Below, piece by piece: positions 28,292 through 38,084 of a stretch of DNA of 64,000 nucleotides. The stretch covers positions 352,001 to 416,000 of the forward strand of contig CAVTCS010000003.1 of NCBI GenBank assembly GCA_963733295.1, in the 5' to 3' direction. Made by a program: the position numbers and the translations under genes. Within the stretch, counting starts at the first letter, position 1. Every line of letters begins with the position of its first letter. This stretch comes from Vulcanimicrobiota bacterium. Lineage in GTDB: Bacteria; Vulcanimicrobiota; Vulcanimicrobiia; Vulcanimicrobiales; Vulcanimicrobiaceae. Under the pieces are notes generated by a model that was not told the DNA's origin, searched no databases, and was given only the letters and a program-made list of their open reading frames with translations.

Positions 28292-30088
28292 TTGAACTTC
28301 AGTACCCTCCGCCTGCGCCCATATCAATTGGAGGCGCAAGAGGCGATTGTCGAAGCGCGAAAGCGCGGTTTTCGCGCGCAACTCGTGTCGCTCGCCACTG
28401 GGCTCGGCAAGTCGGTCGTCATTGCGACGTTACCGGAATTACTCGAGCTTCGATCGGGAGATGTGACCCTCGTCGTTGCACACCGCGACGAGCTGATCCA
28501 GCAGCTCGTCGAAAAGATGACCGCCCAGAATCCGGGCGCGAAGGTCGGCGTCGAGAAGGCCGAAGAGAGCGCCCCGGGCGACTCGACGATAGTCGTAGCC
28601 ACGGTGCAAACGCTGACCGGGCCGCGTTTGACCCGGTTTGCGACGAAGTTCGGCCGCCGCATCGCGCTCTTCGTGATCGACGAAGCGCACCACGCGGCGG
28701 CGCCGACGTACCGCGCGATCCTCGATAAGATTTTGCTCAAGCGCCCCGACGCGCTGGTGATCGGCTTCACCGCCACGCCGCATCGCGGCGACGGCGTCCG
28801 GCTCAGCGAGATCTTCCCCGACATGGTCTACTCGATGGACGCGCGCTTGGCGATCGGCGCAGGCTACCTCGTTCCGGTGCGATCCTACGCCATTGCGACC
28901 GAGACGAATCTCGACGAGGTGTCTTCGCGCGGCGGTGACTTCGTGCTCGGACAGTTAGCCGACGCGGTCGATACGGACGAACGCAATCGCAAAGTCGTCG
29001 AGGCCTATCTGAACCTCACTCCGGGGAAGAAGACGTTAGTTTTCACCGCCTCGGTCGAACACGCGCGTAACGTCGCCCAGCTGTTCGTCGAGTCGGGCGT
29101 CCGGGCCGCGTTCGCGAGCGGGGAGACGCCGCAAGCGGAACGCGAGAAGATCGTCGCGGGCTTCCGGGGCAGCGGCATTGACGTTCTCGTCAACTGCGGC
29201 CTCTATCTCGAGGGCTTCGACGTTCCTTCGATTCAGGTCATCGTAAACGCGCGCCCGACGAAATCGACCACCCTCTACACCCAGGTCACCGGGCGCGGCT
29301 TACGGCCTCTCGACGAGTACGCGTACATCCTCTCGCAGTTGCCGAGTGCCGACGCTCGTCGTCAAGTCATCGCGATGAGCGAGAAGCCGTACGCGATCAT
29401 CGTCGACATCGTGGACCAGGCGCGCCGTCACCAGCTGGTGACGCTCCCCACGCTCTGGGGGTTGCCCGCACAGATCGACGCGCAGGGTCGCCCCATCTCC
29501 GAAGTCGCCGAACGGTACGAGGAGGTGGTGCGCCGCGCGCCCCGCTTGGCCGCACGCGTGCGGACCGCCGAAGCGATCGAGACGGCCTTGATCGAACTCG
29601 ACGAGAGCGCGAAACCCAAGGCTAACCACGTTGCAACCTGGCAGCAGATAACGCCCGAGCACTGGCGGCTGGAACGCGCTCCACAGCGCGTCGCGCGCGA
29701 CCGGAAGGGCCGTCCGGTGCCGCACTTCGAGGAGCAGTTCACGCGCCTGATCGCGATGGCTAAGAGCATTGCGCCGCACGAAGACGCCGAAGGTTTCGCG
29801 CTCCGTTTACTCGACGTCGACCGTCGTGCGGTGACACAAGAAGCGGCGCAAATCGACGTGACCCGGCGAGGCGACGCCTATGTCGCGACGCTGCGCAACG
29901 GAAGGCTTCCGGCGCGGGACATCGGAACCGCGCCGACGCTCGCCGAAGCGATCGCCGCGGCGCAGACGCGCTTGCAGAACGGCGACTTGCCACAGGCCGC
30001 TGCGCGCCACACGAACGGCCGGCGCAAGAACGGCGGCGTGCGCCGTTTCCGCGGACGTCGCAAACGGACGACGCCGCCGGCCGCCTAA
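28292..30088 (+). CDS. Superfamily II DEAH helicase (SSL2/Irc3-like)
   Basis: LRPYQ, ATGLGKS, DEAHH, TAT, EGFDVP, QVTGRGLR; start approximate. Confidence 0.9.
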   Translation: MNFSTLRLRPYQLEAQEAIVEARKRGFRAQLVSLATGLGKSVVIATLPELLELRSGDVTLVVAHRDELIQQLVEKMTAQNPGAKVGVEKAEESAPGDSTIVVATVQTLTGPRLTRFATKFGRRIALFVIDEAHHAAAPTYRAILDKILLKRPDALVIGFTATPHRGDGVRLSEIFPDMVYSMDARLAIGAGYLVPVRSYAIATETNLDEVSSRGGDFVLGQLADAVDTDERNRKVVEAYLNLTPGKKTLVFTASVEHARNVAQLFVESGVRAAFASGETPQAEREKIVAGFRGSGIDVLVNCGLYLEGFDVPSIQVIVNARPTKSTTLYTQVTGRGLRPLDEYAYILSQLPSADARRQVIAMSEKPYAIIVDIVDQARRHQLVTLPTLWGLPAQIDAQGRPISEVAERYEEVVRRAPRLAARVRTAEAIETALIELDESAKPKANHVATWQQITPEHWRLERAPQRVARDRKGRPVPHFEEQFTRLIAMAKSIAPHEDAEGFALRLLDVDRRAVTQEAAQIDVTRRGDAYVATLRNGRLPARDIGTAPTLAEAIAAAQTRLQNGDLPQAAARHTNGRRKNGGVRRFRGRRKRTTPPAA

Positions 30089-30113
30089 AGTTCGCGCAGC
30101 GCCCCGCGCCGAA

Positions 30114-30605
30114 TCAGCGGTGACAGGCGATGCCGTTCTTTTCGAAGTAGCGCTGGTGGTAGTCCTCGGCTCGGTAGAAGGTTTGAGCCGGAACGACTTG
30201 CGTGACGATCGGACGTTTGAACGTGCCGGCGTCGCTCAGACGTCGAATCGCCGCTTCGGCGGCAGCTCGTTGTTCGGCGCTGTGAAAGAACACGACCGAA
30301 CGATATTGCGAGCCGACGTCGGGGCCTTGACGATTCGGCGTCGTCGGATCGTGAAGGGCGAAAAACTCGTCGAGCAAGCGCGCGTAGCTCACGCGACTAG
30401 GGTCGAAGCTAACTTCGACGACTTCGGCGTGCCCGGTACGATCGCTACAGACGTCGCGGTAGCTCGGGTTCTCGAGCGTCCCTCCCTCGTAACCGGAAAC
30501 CGCGTCGAGGACGCCCGGAATTTGGCGGAACGCCGCTTCGACGCCCCAAAAGCATCCGGCTCCAAAGGTGGCCTTTTCGATGGTCGTATCGCTAGTTTGT
30601 TGCAT
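30114..30605 (-). CDS. msrA: Peptide-methionine (S)-S-oxide reductase
   Basis: GCFWGVE, TGHAEVV, DVGSQYRS, AEDYHQRY. Confidence 0.96.
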   Translation of the reverse strand: MQQTSDTTIEKATFGAGCFWGVEAAFRQIPGVLDAVSGYEGGTLENPSYRDVCSDRTGHAEVVEVSFDPSRVSYARLLDEFFALHDPTTPNRQGPDVGSQYRSVVFFHSAEQRAAAEAAIRRLSDAGTFKRPIVTQVVPAQTFYRAEDYHQRYFEKNGIACHR

Positions 30606-30692
30606 GGCTTTCCTTATAACCGTCCTGTTTGCGGCGCGGCTGCAGCAACGCGAGCGGGGAACCTCCCCGGCGCGGCGTAGTATGCGGCTCTC

Positions 30693-33389
30693 GTGATCGT
30701 GCGCCGTCTTTCGCTCGCCTCGCTCGCTCTCTTCCTCGTTCTTGGAAGTGCGGCGGGCGCTCAAACCGCCGCCCAGGCTCTCAGCGCGGCCGCTGCCGCC
30801 TCGCCCGTTCCGCTCCCCTCGATGCCGCCCGCAGGCGCGACGACGGGTCCCGCCTTGCCTTCCGGAGCCGGCGTCCCGTTCGGGTTTGCGATGCCGGGTC
30901 AACCGCAACCGTACGCCGCCTTCGTCAAAAAAGCCGAGCGCCAGACCGGTTTGATCGACATCATCAAGAAGGACGACGAAACGTATCTCGACTTCGGCCC
31001 GAGCGAGCTCGACCGCGAGTTCATCGTCGCACCGGTGCTCGCCTCGGGCGTCGGCGGCGACGTCGATACGGTGGCGGGACGCGTCTTCTCTCCTTTTATC
31101 ATCGAGTTCAAACGCGTCGGCAAACGCGTCCTGTGGATCTCCAAGAATACGTACTTCGGCGAACCCGCCCCGAACTCGGCGGCCGCGGATTCGCTCGCCA
31201 TTTCCGCGGCGGACTCGGTCATCAATAGCACGCCGATCGTCGCCGAAGACGAAGCGACGAAGCGCGTGGTCGTTTCGGCTGCGTTCTTCCTGACGGATTT
31301 TGAGAACATCGGCCGTTCGCTCGGCGGTTCGTCGGCGCCGATTCTGTCGCTCTCGTTGACGCCCCGCGCCAGCTTCACCGTCGATGCGTCGCGCTCGTAC
31401 ATCGAGATGACCAAAGCGCTTCCCGAGAACGACGAGTTTCTCGCCAGCCTCGCCTTCGTCGGTCCGCCCTCCGGAGACATCCGCGGCGACTCGCGTGGGC
31501 TTCGGCTGCGAATGCACTACTCGATCGTGGCGCCGCCCGCCAAGAGCTCCTACGTTCCGCGTCTCGCCGACGACCGCGTCGGCTACTTCATCACCGCGCA
31601 AAAGCATTTCGATAACGATGCAGCGCCTTCGCCGTTCACCCGCTACATCGATCGCTGGAATTTCGCGCGCGGCCCGATCGTCTATTATTTAACCAATGAG
31701 ATCCCGCCGCAGTACAAGCCGGCAATCCGGGCGGCTTTGCTCGAATGGAACGCCGCTTTCGCGAAGGCCGGAATTCCAAACGCGATCGAGGTTCGCGATC
31801 AGCCGAACGACCAGGGTTGGGACCCCGACGACGTGCGCTACTCGACCGTTCGCTGGATCACGAGCGACAAGCCGGCCTTCGCCGCGTACGGCCCGCACAT
31901 CGCCGATCCCCGTACCGGGGAGATCTTCCGCGTCGAGATCGTCATCGACGGCGAGGTGATGCGCGCAGTCAAGCGCGGGTTCGTCGATCAAGTCACGCCG
32001 ATCCGCGGCGCGAGCACGATGACTCTGTGCGCCGAGCCGGCGGAATGCGACGACTACGCCGAGAGTTCGGCCGAACTCGCCGCCGAAGGAACGGTCGCCC
32101 TGCGCGCCGCCGGAGCCTCGAGCGCGCAAACCGAGGCGTTCGCGGAAGACTGGCTGAAATCGGTGGTGTTGCACGAGTCGGGCCACAACTTCGGCCTGCG
32201 CCACAACTTTGCGGCGGCAATCTATCCGCTGGCCGACCTGCACAGCAAGAACTTCACGAACCGTCACGGTCTCGTGAGTTCGGTCATGGACTATACGCCG
32301 CTCAACTTGTCGGCGCCAGGGGAGCCGCAGGGCACGTACTTCCAGCTCGACCTCGGACCGTACGACTATTGGGCGATCCGCTATGGCTATCACAACTTCG
32401 GCCCGGTGACGAAGCCTTCGGAAGAAGAAGCGGCGCTGCGAAAACTCGCCGAGGAAAGCGTCCGGCCCGAATACGTCTACGCGAGCGACGAAGACGTCTA
32501 CGGTCAACGCGCGCTCGATCCGCACGACGCACCCTTCCTGCTCTCGAGCGATCCGTTTGCGTTCTATACGAACCAGTATGCGGTCACCAGCCACCTGATC
32601 GGCACCTTGGACAGCGTCTACCCACGGAACGATAGCCCCTATTCCGAAGAGCGCGCCACCTTCGTAACCCTCCTGCGCAACTATCTGCGCACCTCGCTAC
32701 TGGCGGTGCGCTACATCGGCGGAATCTACACCTCGCGCGATCACCGCGGCCAACCGGGTGGACTACCGCCGTTCCGCCCGATCGCACGGAGCGACGAGCG
32801 GCGCGCTTTCGATATGCTGTCGCAGCACGTCTTCTCGAGCCGCGCCTTTCATTTCTCGCCGCAGTTGATGGCCGACCTCGGGACGAGCAACTACCTTCAC
32901 CGCGGCGCCGAGGACGTTTACGATCGTCCGGATTTTCCGCTCGAGGATACGGTCGCAGCCATTCAGGACTCCGTGATGGATGAGATGTTCTCGCCCGACG
33001 TCATGAGCCGGCTTGCCGACGAACAGCTAAAAGTCGCGCATCCCAGTGACACGATGTCGCTGGAAGACCTCTTCAACTGGACGCAAGCGGCTGTCTGGGA
33101 CGACCTGGGACCGCACACGGTCTCCATCGATCCGCTCCATCGCGCGCTGCAACGCCGCTACACGAACCTCATGATCGCCTTCAACCTCGCGCCGAGCTTC
33201 GTCGTCAGCGTCCTGGGCTACCCGAGCGATTCGGTTCCGCTCGCCCGCTACGAGCTCGTCCAGCTCCAAGGCCGTCTGAACCAGAGCCTCGCCTCGAACT
33301 CTCTCGACGTCGCGACCCGCGCGCATCTCGACGATCTGCGCACGCGCGTCCGCCACGCCCTCGACCCGAACGCGATGCGCAGCAGCTAA
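30693..33389 (+). CDS. Secreted zinc metalloprotease (DUF5117/DUF4953-type metzincin)
   Basis: Signal peptide; PRLADDRVGYF, WNAAF..AG, HESGHNFGLRH, SVMDY Met-turn. Confidence 0.9.
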   Translation: MIVRRLSLASLALFLVLGSAAGAQTAAQALSAAAAASPVPLPSMPPAGATTGPALPSGAGVPFGFAMPGQPQPYAAFVKKAERQTGLIDIIKKDDETYLDFGPSELDREFIVAPVLASGVGGDVDTVAGRVFSPFIIEFKRVGKRVLWISKNTYFGEPAPNSAAADSLAISAADSVINSTPIVAEDEATKRVVVSAAFFLTDFENIGRSLGGSSAPILSLSLTPRASFTVDASRSYIEMTKALPENDEFLASLAFVGPPSGDIRGDSRGLRLRMHYSIVAPPAKSSYVPRLADDRVGYFITAQKHFDNDAAPSPFTRYIDRWNFARGPIVYYLTNEIPPQYKPAIRAALLEWNAAFAKAGIPNAIEVRDQPNDQGWDPDDVRYSTVRWITSDKPAFAAYGPHIADPRTGEIFRVEIVIDGEVMRAVKRGFVDQVTPIRGASTMTLCAEPAECDDYAESSAELAAEGTVALRAAGASSAQTEAFAEDWLKSVVLHESGHNFGLRHNFAAAIYPLADLHSKNFTNRHGLVSSVMDYTPLNLSAPGEPQGTYFQLDLGPYDYWAIRYGYHNFGPVTKPSEEEAALRKLAEESVRPEYVYASDEDVYGQRALDPHDAPFLLSSDPFAFYTNQYAVTSHLIGTLDSVYPRNDSPYSEERATFVTLLRNYLRTSLLAVRYIGGIYTSRDHRGQPGGLPPFRPIARSDERRAFDMLSQHVFSSRAFHFSPQLMADLGTSNYLHRGAEDVYDRPDFPLEDTVAAIQDSVMDEMFSPDVMSRLADEQLKVAHPSDTMSLEDLFNWTQAAVWDDLGPHTVSIDPLHRALQRRYTNLMIAFNLAPSFVVSVLGYPSDSVPLARYELVQLQGRLNQSLASNSLDVATRAHLDDLRTRVRHALDPNAMRSS

Positions 33390-33520
33390 CTGGGATTTCA
33401 GGCGCCGCGGGGTAAGCGGGCCTACGGACCCGGTGGGCGAGGACTGGTAAGCTCGCCGGTATGATCGATGTGAGCAGCCTCTTGCCGGTCTTTGGCGAAC
33501 TGCACGAACGGAGGAGTGCG

Positions 33521-34222
33521 ATGTCGCGTGACGGCGAGGGGGAGCCGATCGAGAACAAGGTCTGGTACCTTCGACAGAACCGGCTGTTCGATCGGGTGAC
33601 CGACGAGTCGATTGAGAATTGCGAACACATTTTCAAGACGACGCTCTTTCCGAAGCGTTCGATGGTTTTCGATCAGGGGGACCCGACGCGTCTCGTTTAC
33701 CTGATCAAGCGCGGCAACGTGCGAATCGTGCGCTTGACTCCGGACGGCAAGGAAGTCAGCGTCGCGGTGCTGGGAGCGGGCGATATCTTCGGGGAAGAGA
33801 CTCTCTTCGAGCAAGCGACGCGAACGACGGTGGCGGTGTGCGTCGACGAGACCTTGCTCTGCACGGCGAAGGCCGACGATCTCTTTGCGTTGCTTTCGCG
33901 GGACCCGCAGTTGGCGCTGAACGTCGCGAAAATTCTGAGCGAGCGGCTCGGCGAGGCGACCTCGACGATGGAGGATCTGGCGTATGCGCGGGTCCCCGAA
34001 CGAATCATGAATCTGTTCGAGCGTTTGGCGGCGGAGCACGGGAAAGAGACGCCTTCCGGGATTGCGCTCGGCGTGCGCTTGACGCATGCGGATATCGCCT
34101 CGCTCGTGGGAAGCACGCGGGAGACCGTTTCGCTCGAACTGTCGAATTTGGTGAAAGCGGGACGCATTCGGATGGAAGGACGTACGATCGAGTTGCCGCG
34201 CGGCGAGAAGGCGGGAGCGTGA
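33521..34222 (+). CDS. Crp/Fnr-family regulator
   Basis: ATG with GGAGGAG RBS; GDIFGE cNMP fold, LTHADIASLVGSTRETVS HTH. Confidence 0.93.
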   Translation: MSRDGEGEPIENKVWYLRQNRLFDRVTDESIENCEHIFKTTLFPKRSMVFDQGDPTRLVYLIKRGNVRIVRLTPDGKEVSVAVLGAGDIFGEETLFEQATRTTVAVCVDETLLCTAKADDLFALLSRDPQLALNVAKILSERLGEATSTMEDLAYARVPERIMNLFERLAAEHGKETPSGIALGVRLTHADIASLVGSTRETVSLELSNLVKAGRIRMEGRTIELPRGEKAGA

Positions 34223-34719
34223 TGCGCGCGCTCGTGTTCGGCTTGGCGGCGCTGCTGGCGGCCGGAACCGGCGCGGTGCGGGCCGCGCAGCCGCTGACGC
34301 TGGCGCCGCTGTTTGCAGCGAGCGGCGGGTGGCTCAACGGCGCGGCCACGGCGCAAAGCGTCGCGGGCAAGGTCGTCGTCGTCGACGTGTTCACCGTCGA
34401 ATGCATCAACTGTCAGAACGTGACGCCGAACTTGCGCAAGCTCAGCAGCGAGCCCGGCGTTCGAGTGATCGGCATTCATTCGCCGGAGACACCTTACGAG
34501 AAAGACCGGGGCACGGTCGTTTCCAACTTGAAGCGGCTCGGCGTCGTGTGGCCGGTCGCCATCGACAACGACATGGCGCTTTGGAAAGCGTACGGCATCG
34601 AGTACTGGCCCACCCAGCTGATCTTCGATCGGCATGGCCGCCTTCGCAAAACGGTGGTCGGCGACTCGCAGGACGAAGAGGTCGACGCGACCGTCAAAGC
34701 CTTGGTCGTGGAGAAGTAG
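34222..34719 (+). CDS. Exported thioredoxin-like redoxin (DipZ-like)
   Basis: TGATG overlap; signal peptide; CINC, GIHSPE, YWPT. Confidence 0.85.
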   Translation: MRALVFGLAALLAAGTGAVRAAQPLTLAPLFAASGGWLNGAATAQSVAGKVVVVDVFTVECINCQNVTPNLRKLSSEPGVRVIGIHSPETPYEKDRGTVVSNLKRLGVVWPVAIDNDMALWKAYGIEYWPTQLIFDRHGRLRKTVVGDSQDEEVDATVKALVVEK

Positions 34720-34759
34720 CTTCGTACACAACGCGAGAGTCCTGACCGCGGAGGCGGGT

Positions 34760-35929
34760 TTGAGCGCGCGCGAGCGCCTCGCCGAGGTTGTTCCCGCAAG
34801 CGCGCTGCCTGCGGCACAAGAGGTCGCCGAGAGCTCGATCCTCGCGCTCGACGGGCCTTCGGCCGCGGCTTTGGCGTTGGCCGCGCCGCTGCGCGCGGCG
34901 GGTGCATTCGTGCACTGCGATGCCGAGCGGCTCGTGGTCGTGGCACGGCGGGGCGCGCTCGAATCGTGCCGCGCCGCTTGCGGGCAGGATGAGGCCGCTA
35001 CCCTCGACGAGCTGCTGCGCGCCTTCGATGCCGGGCGGTCGCGGCCGGCGCGGCTGCGCATGCGCAACCGCATGCTCGATTTGGGCGCAGGGGTGAAGGT
35101 CATGGGCATCCTCAACGTAACGCCCGACTCTTTTTACGACCGCGGCCGCTATGCCGGCGTCGACGCCGCGCGGGCCCGCGCCGCCGAGATGGTCGAGCTC
35201 GGAGCCGCAATCATCGACGTCGGAGGTCAGTCGTACGCCGAGTGGAATCCGCGGATCGCGGCGCGTGAAGAACGCGAACGCGTCGTGCCCGTCGTCGAGG
35301 CGCTCGTGCGCGACGGCCTCGACGTCGCGCTCTCGATCGACACGTTCAAAGCGGAAGTCGCGGATGCTGCGCTCGCCGCGGGTGCCGATGCGATCAACGA
35401 TTGCAGCGGACTCTCCGATGCATCGCTGCCCGGCGTGGTCGCGGGTCACGATGCGGCGCTCGTCGTGATGCACCTGCTGGGCGAACTGAACGTGCGCGCG
35501 CAGTCGTACGAGTACCGCGACGCGCTCGGGGAGATCTGCGCGTTCTTGCGCGAGCGAACCGAACGTGCGCTTGCCGCCGGCGTCGCGCGGGACTCGATCG
35601 CCGTCGATCCGGGTCTCGAGTTCGGCAAAGAGCCGAAGACCGATCTCGAAATCCTCGAGCGCTTCGGGGACCTGCGCTCGCTCGGCTATCCGATTTTGTT
35701 TGCGGCGAGCCGCAAGAGCTTCATCGGCCGCGTCTTCGACCGGCCCGCAAGCGAATTGTTGATCCCCTCGCTCGCGACCGCTGCGATCGGCATCCAAGCC
35801 GGAGCGGCGCTCGTGCGCGTCCACGACGTCGCGGAAACGGTGCAGCTGGTACGCATGCTGAGCGCCGTCCGCAGCGGGGTCCGCCGCAGCCTCGCCATCG
35901 CCGGCAAGATGCCGGAGACCCCTGCGTAG
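34760..35929 (+). CDS. folP: Dihydropteroate synthase with N-terminal extension
   Basis: MGILNVTPDSF, SIDT, DPG..FGK, SRKSFI, RVHDV; TTG 34760 after GGAGG. Confidence 0.93.
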   Translation: MSARERLAEVVPASALPAAQEVAESSILALDGPSAAALALAAPLRAAGAFVHCDAERLVVVARRGALESCRAACGQDEAATLDELLRAFDAGRSRPARLRMRNRMLDLGAGVKVMGILNVTPDSFYDRGRYAGVDAARARAAEMVELGAAIIDVGGQSYAEWNPRIAAREERERVVPVVEALVRDGLDVALSIDTFKAEVADAALAAGADAINDCSGLSDASLPGVVAGHDAALVVMHLLGELNVRAQSYEYRDALGEICAFLRERTERALAAGVARDSIAVDPGLEFGKEPKTDLEILERFGDLRSLGYPILFAASRKSFIGRVFDRPASELLIPSLATAAIGIQAGAALVRVHDVAETVQLVRMLSAVRSGVRRSLAIAGKMPETPA

Positions 35930-35941
35930 AACCCAGCGCCC

Positions 35942-38083
35942 ATGAGCTTTTTACGCATCGTTCGTGCCGGACTGCCACCCGTCTTGGTCGCCTCGCTGGC
36001 CCTGGGGGCGCTCGCCGCCCGCCTGACGTACCCCGCGACCCGGACCGACACCGTGACCGACACCTATTTCGGAACGCAGGTCGCCGACCCGTACCGCTGG
36101 CTCGAAGCCGACGACTCTCCGGCGGTGAAGTCCTGGGCAGCGGCCCAGACGGCGCTCGCCAAGAGCTACTTGCAGAGCCAGCCGTCGTACGCGTTTTACT
36201 CGAAGCGCGTAGCGGAGCTCAGTAAGACCTCGACCGCGCGCTTCTTTCTGACGGCACGCGGCGGCCGCTTCATCTACTTGCGGCAGACGCCGCCGGAACC
36301 GCAGCCGCAGCTGATCGCGCGGGACGGAATAAAGGGCGGGGAGCGGGTGCTCTTCGACCCCAAGACGGCGGCGATCGGCGGAGTTCAACCCGCCATCGAG
36401 TCGATCTTCGTTTCGAACAACGGCTCGAAGGTCGCGTTTACGACACAAGAGGGCGGTTCCGAAAACGAGACGTTGCACGTCGTCGATGCTGACCCCGGAG
36501 CGGGCACCGTGCTTACCGACACGATCGCACACGTCGGCGGAGGAACCACTCCAACCGCGCTCGTGTGGGACGGTGACGCGAAAGGTTTCCTGCACACCCA
36601 ATTTCAGCGTCAAGCGGACGGCTCGTATACAACCGAGCAAATCCTGATCTTTCATCACGTCATCGGCACCGACCCGGCTACCGACAGCTACGTTTTCGGA
36701 AAAGACCAGTCGACGCGCGCCGAATACGTCTTGCAGGGTTCGCTCGACGGAAAGGTCCAAGCGCTTGCTGTGACCGCCGGCGACGGCGTACACGCCTCGA
36801 TCTACATGCGCCGGGACGGTTCGCCAACGTTCACGCTCGTGGCCGAGCCGAGCGCCGACATCGGGGACAGTGCGGACGCCGACGCGGCGTTCGTGGGCGA
36901 TACGTTGTACGCGATCTCGAAAAAGAGAGACTCGCGCGGTGAGATCGTGGCGCTCAACGTCGATCAGCCCTTCGCTAGCGCGAAAGTCGTCGTGCCCGCG
37001 AGTTCGCTCGTTATCCAAGATCTCAGCGAGGTTCGCGGCGGCTTCATCACGCGCGACGTGGACGGCGGCGACAGCGCGGCGCGATATTTTGCGGTCGACG
37101 GCCGGTTGATCCATCAGCTTCCGTTTCCCGCGACGTCGGTTCTGACCGCGCTCGCGGGCGACCCAGCCGGAGGCGACGTGATCGTCGGCTACCAGAATTA
37201 CACGACGCCGAACCGCTGGCTGCGTTACGACATCGTCTCCAACACTCTGGCGCCGACCGGAATCGAGGAGACGGCGCCGGGCGACTACTCGAAGGTGGTG
37301 GTGCGGCGAGTCCTTGTGCCGTCGCTGGACGGCAAGGTCAAGATTCCGCTCGAGATCGTCAACCTTCCAGGGATCAAGGCGGGAACGGCGCCGACGATGC
37401 TGACTGCGTACGGCGCTTACGGCGTCATCTCGACCCCGTTCTTCATTGGGCCGGGCCTTGCAACGCTCGAACGCGGCGGCGTCTTCGCGCAGGCGTTCAT
37501 TCGCGGCGGTGGAGAATACGGCGAAGCTTGGCACGACGCTGCCGTGCATCAAACCAAGACGGTTTCGAGCGACGACCTCGCCGCGTGCGCCATGTGGTTG
37601 GGCAAGAACGGCTACGGCGATGCGGGACATATGGGCATCATCGGGGGCAGCGCCGGCGGGTTCTTGATGGGCTTAGCACTCACCCGGAACCCGGGTCTCT
37701 ATCGCGCGGTCGTCAGCGAGGTGGGCATCTACGATCTCTTGCGCGTCGAGTTGACGCCGAACGGCGCTTACAACATCCCCGAATTCGGTACGGTCAAGGA
37801 TCCCGCTCAGTTTGCCTGGATGCTCCAGGAATCGCCGTACCACAACGTCCATAAGGGAACCGCCTATCCCGCCGTTCTCCTCGTTACCGGCGAGAACGAT
37901 CCGCGCGTCGCTCCCTACATGTCGCGCAAGATGATCGCCCGTTTGCAGGCCAGCTCGTCAGCGGACTATCCTTTGCTCCTGATCCAAAAATCCGGACAGG
38001 GACACGGCATCGGTAACTCGTTTGAGCAGCGAGTCGAGGACCAAACGGACAACTTCACGTTCTTCGAAAGCCAACTCAAATAG
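35942..38083 (+). CDS. Secreted prolyl oligopeptidase (S9A)
   Basis: VADPYRWLE, RGGGEYGEAWH, GGSAGG, DPRV, GHG. Confidence 0.92.
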   Translation: MSFLRIVRAGLPPVLVASLALGALAARLTYPATRTDTVTDTYFGTQVADPYRWLEADDSPAVKSWAAAQTALAKSYLQSQPSYAFYSKRVAELSKTSTARFFLTARGGRFIYLRQTPPEPQPQLIARDGIKGGERVLFDPKTAAIGGVQPAIESIFVSNNGSKVAFTTQEGGSENETLHVVDADPGAGTVLTDTIAHVGGGTTPTALVWDGDAKGFLHTQFQRQADGSYTTEQILIFHHVIGTDPATDSYVFGKDQSTRAEYVLQGSLDGKVQALAVTAGDGVHASIYMRRDGSPTFTLVAEPSADIGDSADADAAFVGDTLYAISKKRDSRGEIVALNVDQPFASAKVVVPASSLVIQDLSEVRGGFITRDVDGGDSAARYFAVDGRLIHQLPFPATSVLTALAGDPAGGDVIVGYQNYTTPNRWLRYDIVSNTLAPTGIEETAPGDYSKVVVRRVLVPSLDGKVKIPLEIVNLPGIKAGTAPTMLTAYGAYGVISTPFFIGPGLATLERGGVFAQAFIRGGGEYGEAWHDAAVHQTKTVSSDDLAACAMWLGKNGYGDAGHMGIIGGSAGGFLMGLALTRNPGLYRAVVSEVGIYDLLRVELTPNGAYNIPEFGTVKDPAQFAWMLQESPYHNVHKGTAYPAVLLVTGENDPRVAPYMSRKMIARLQASSSADYPLLLIQKSGQGHGIGNSFEQRVEDQTDNFTFFESQLK

Positions 38084-38084
38084 C

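Noticed and set aside
26174..30088. TopIB and helicase as a mobile element or defence system
   Set aside because: TopIB has topoisomerase rather than integrase motifs; no att sites, methylase or nuclease partner
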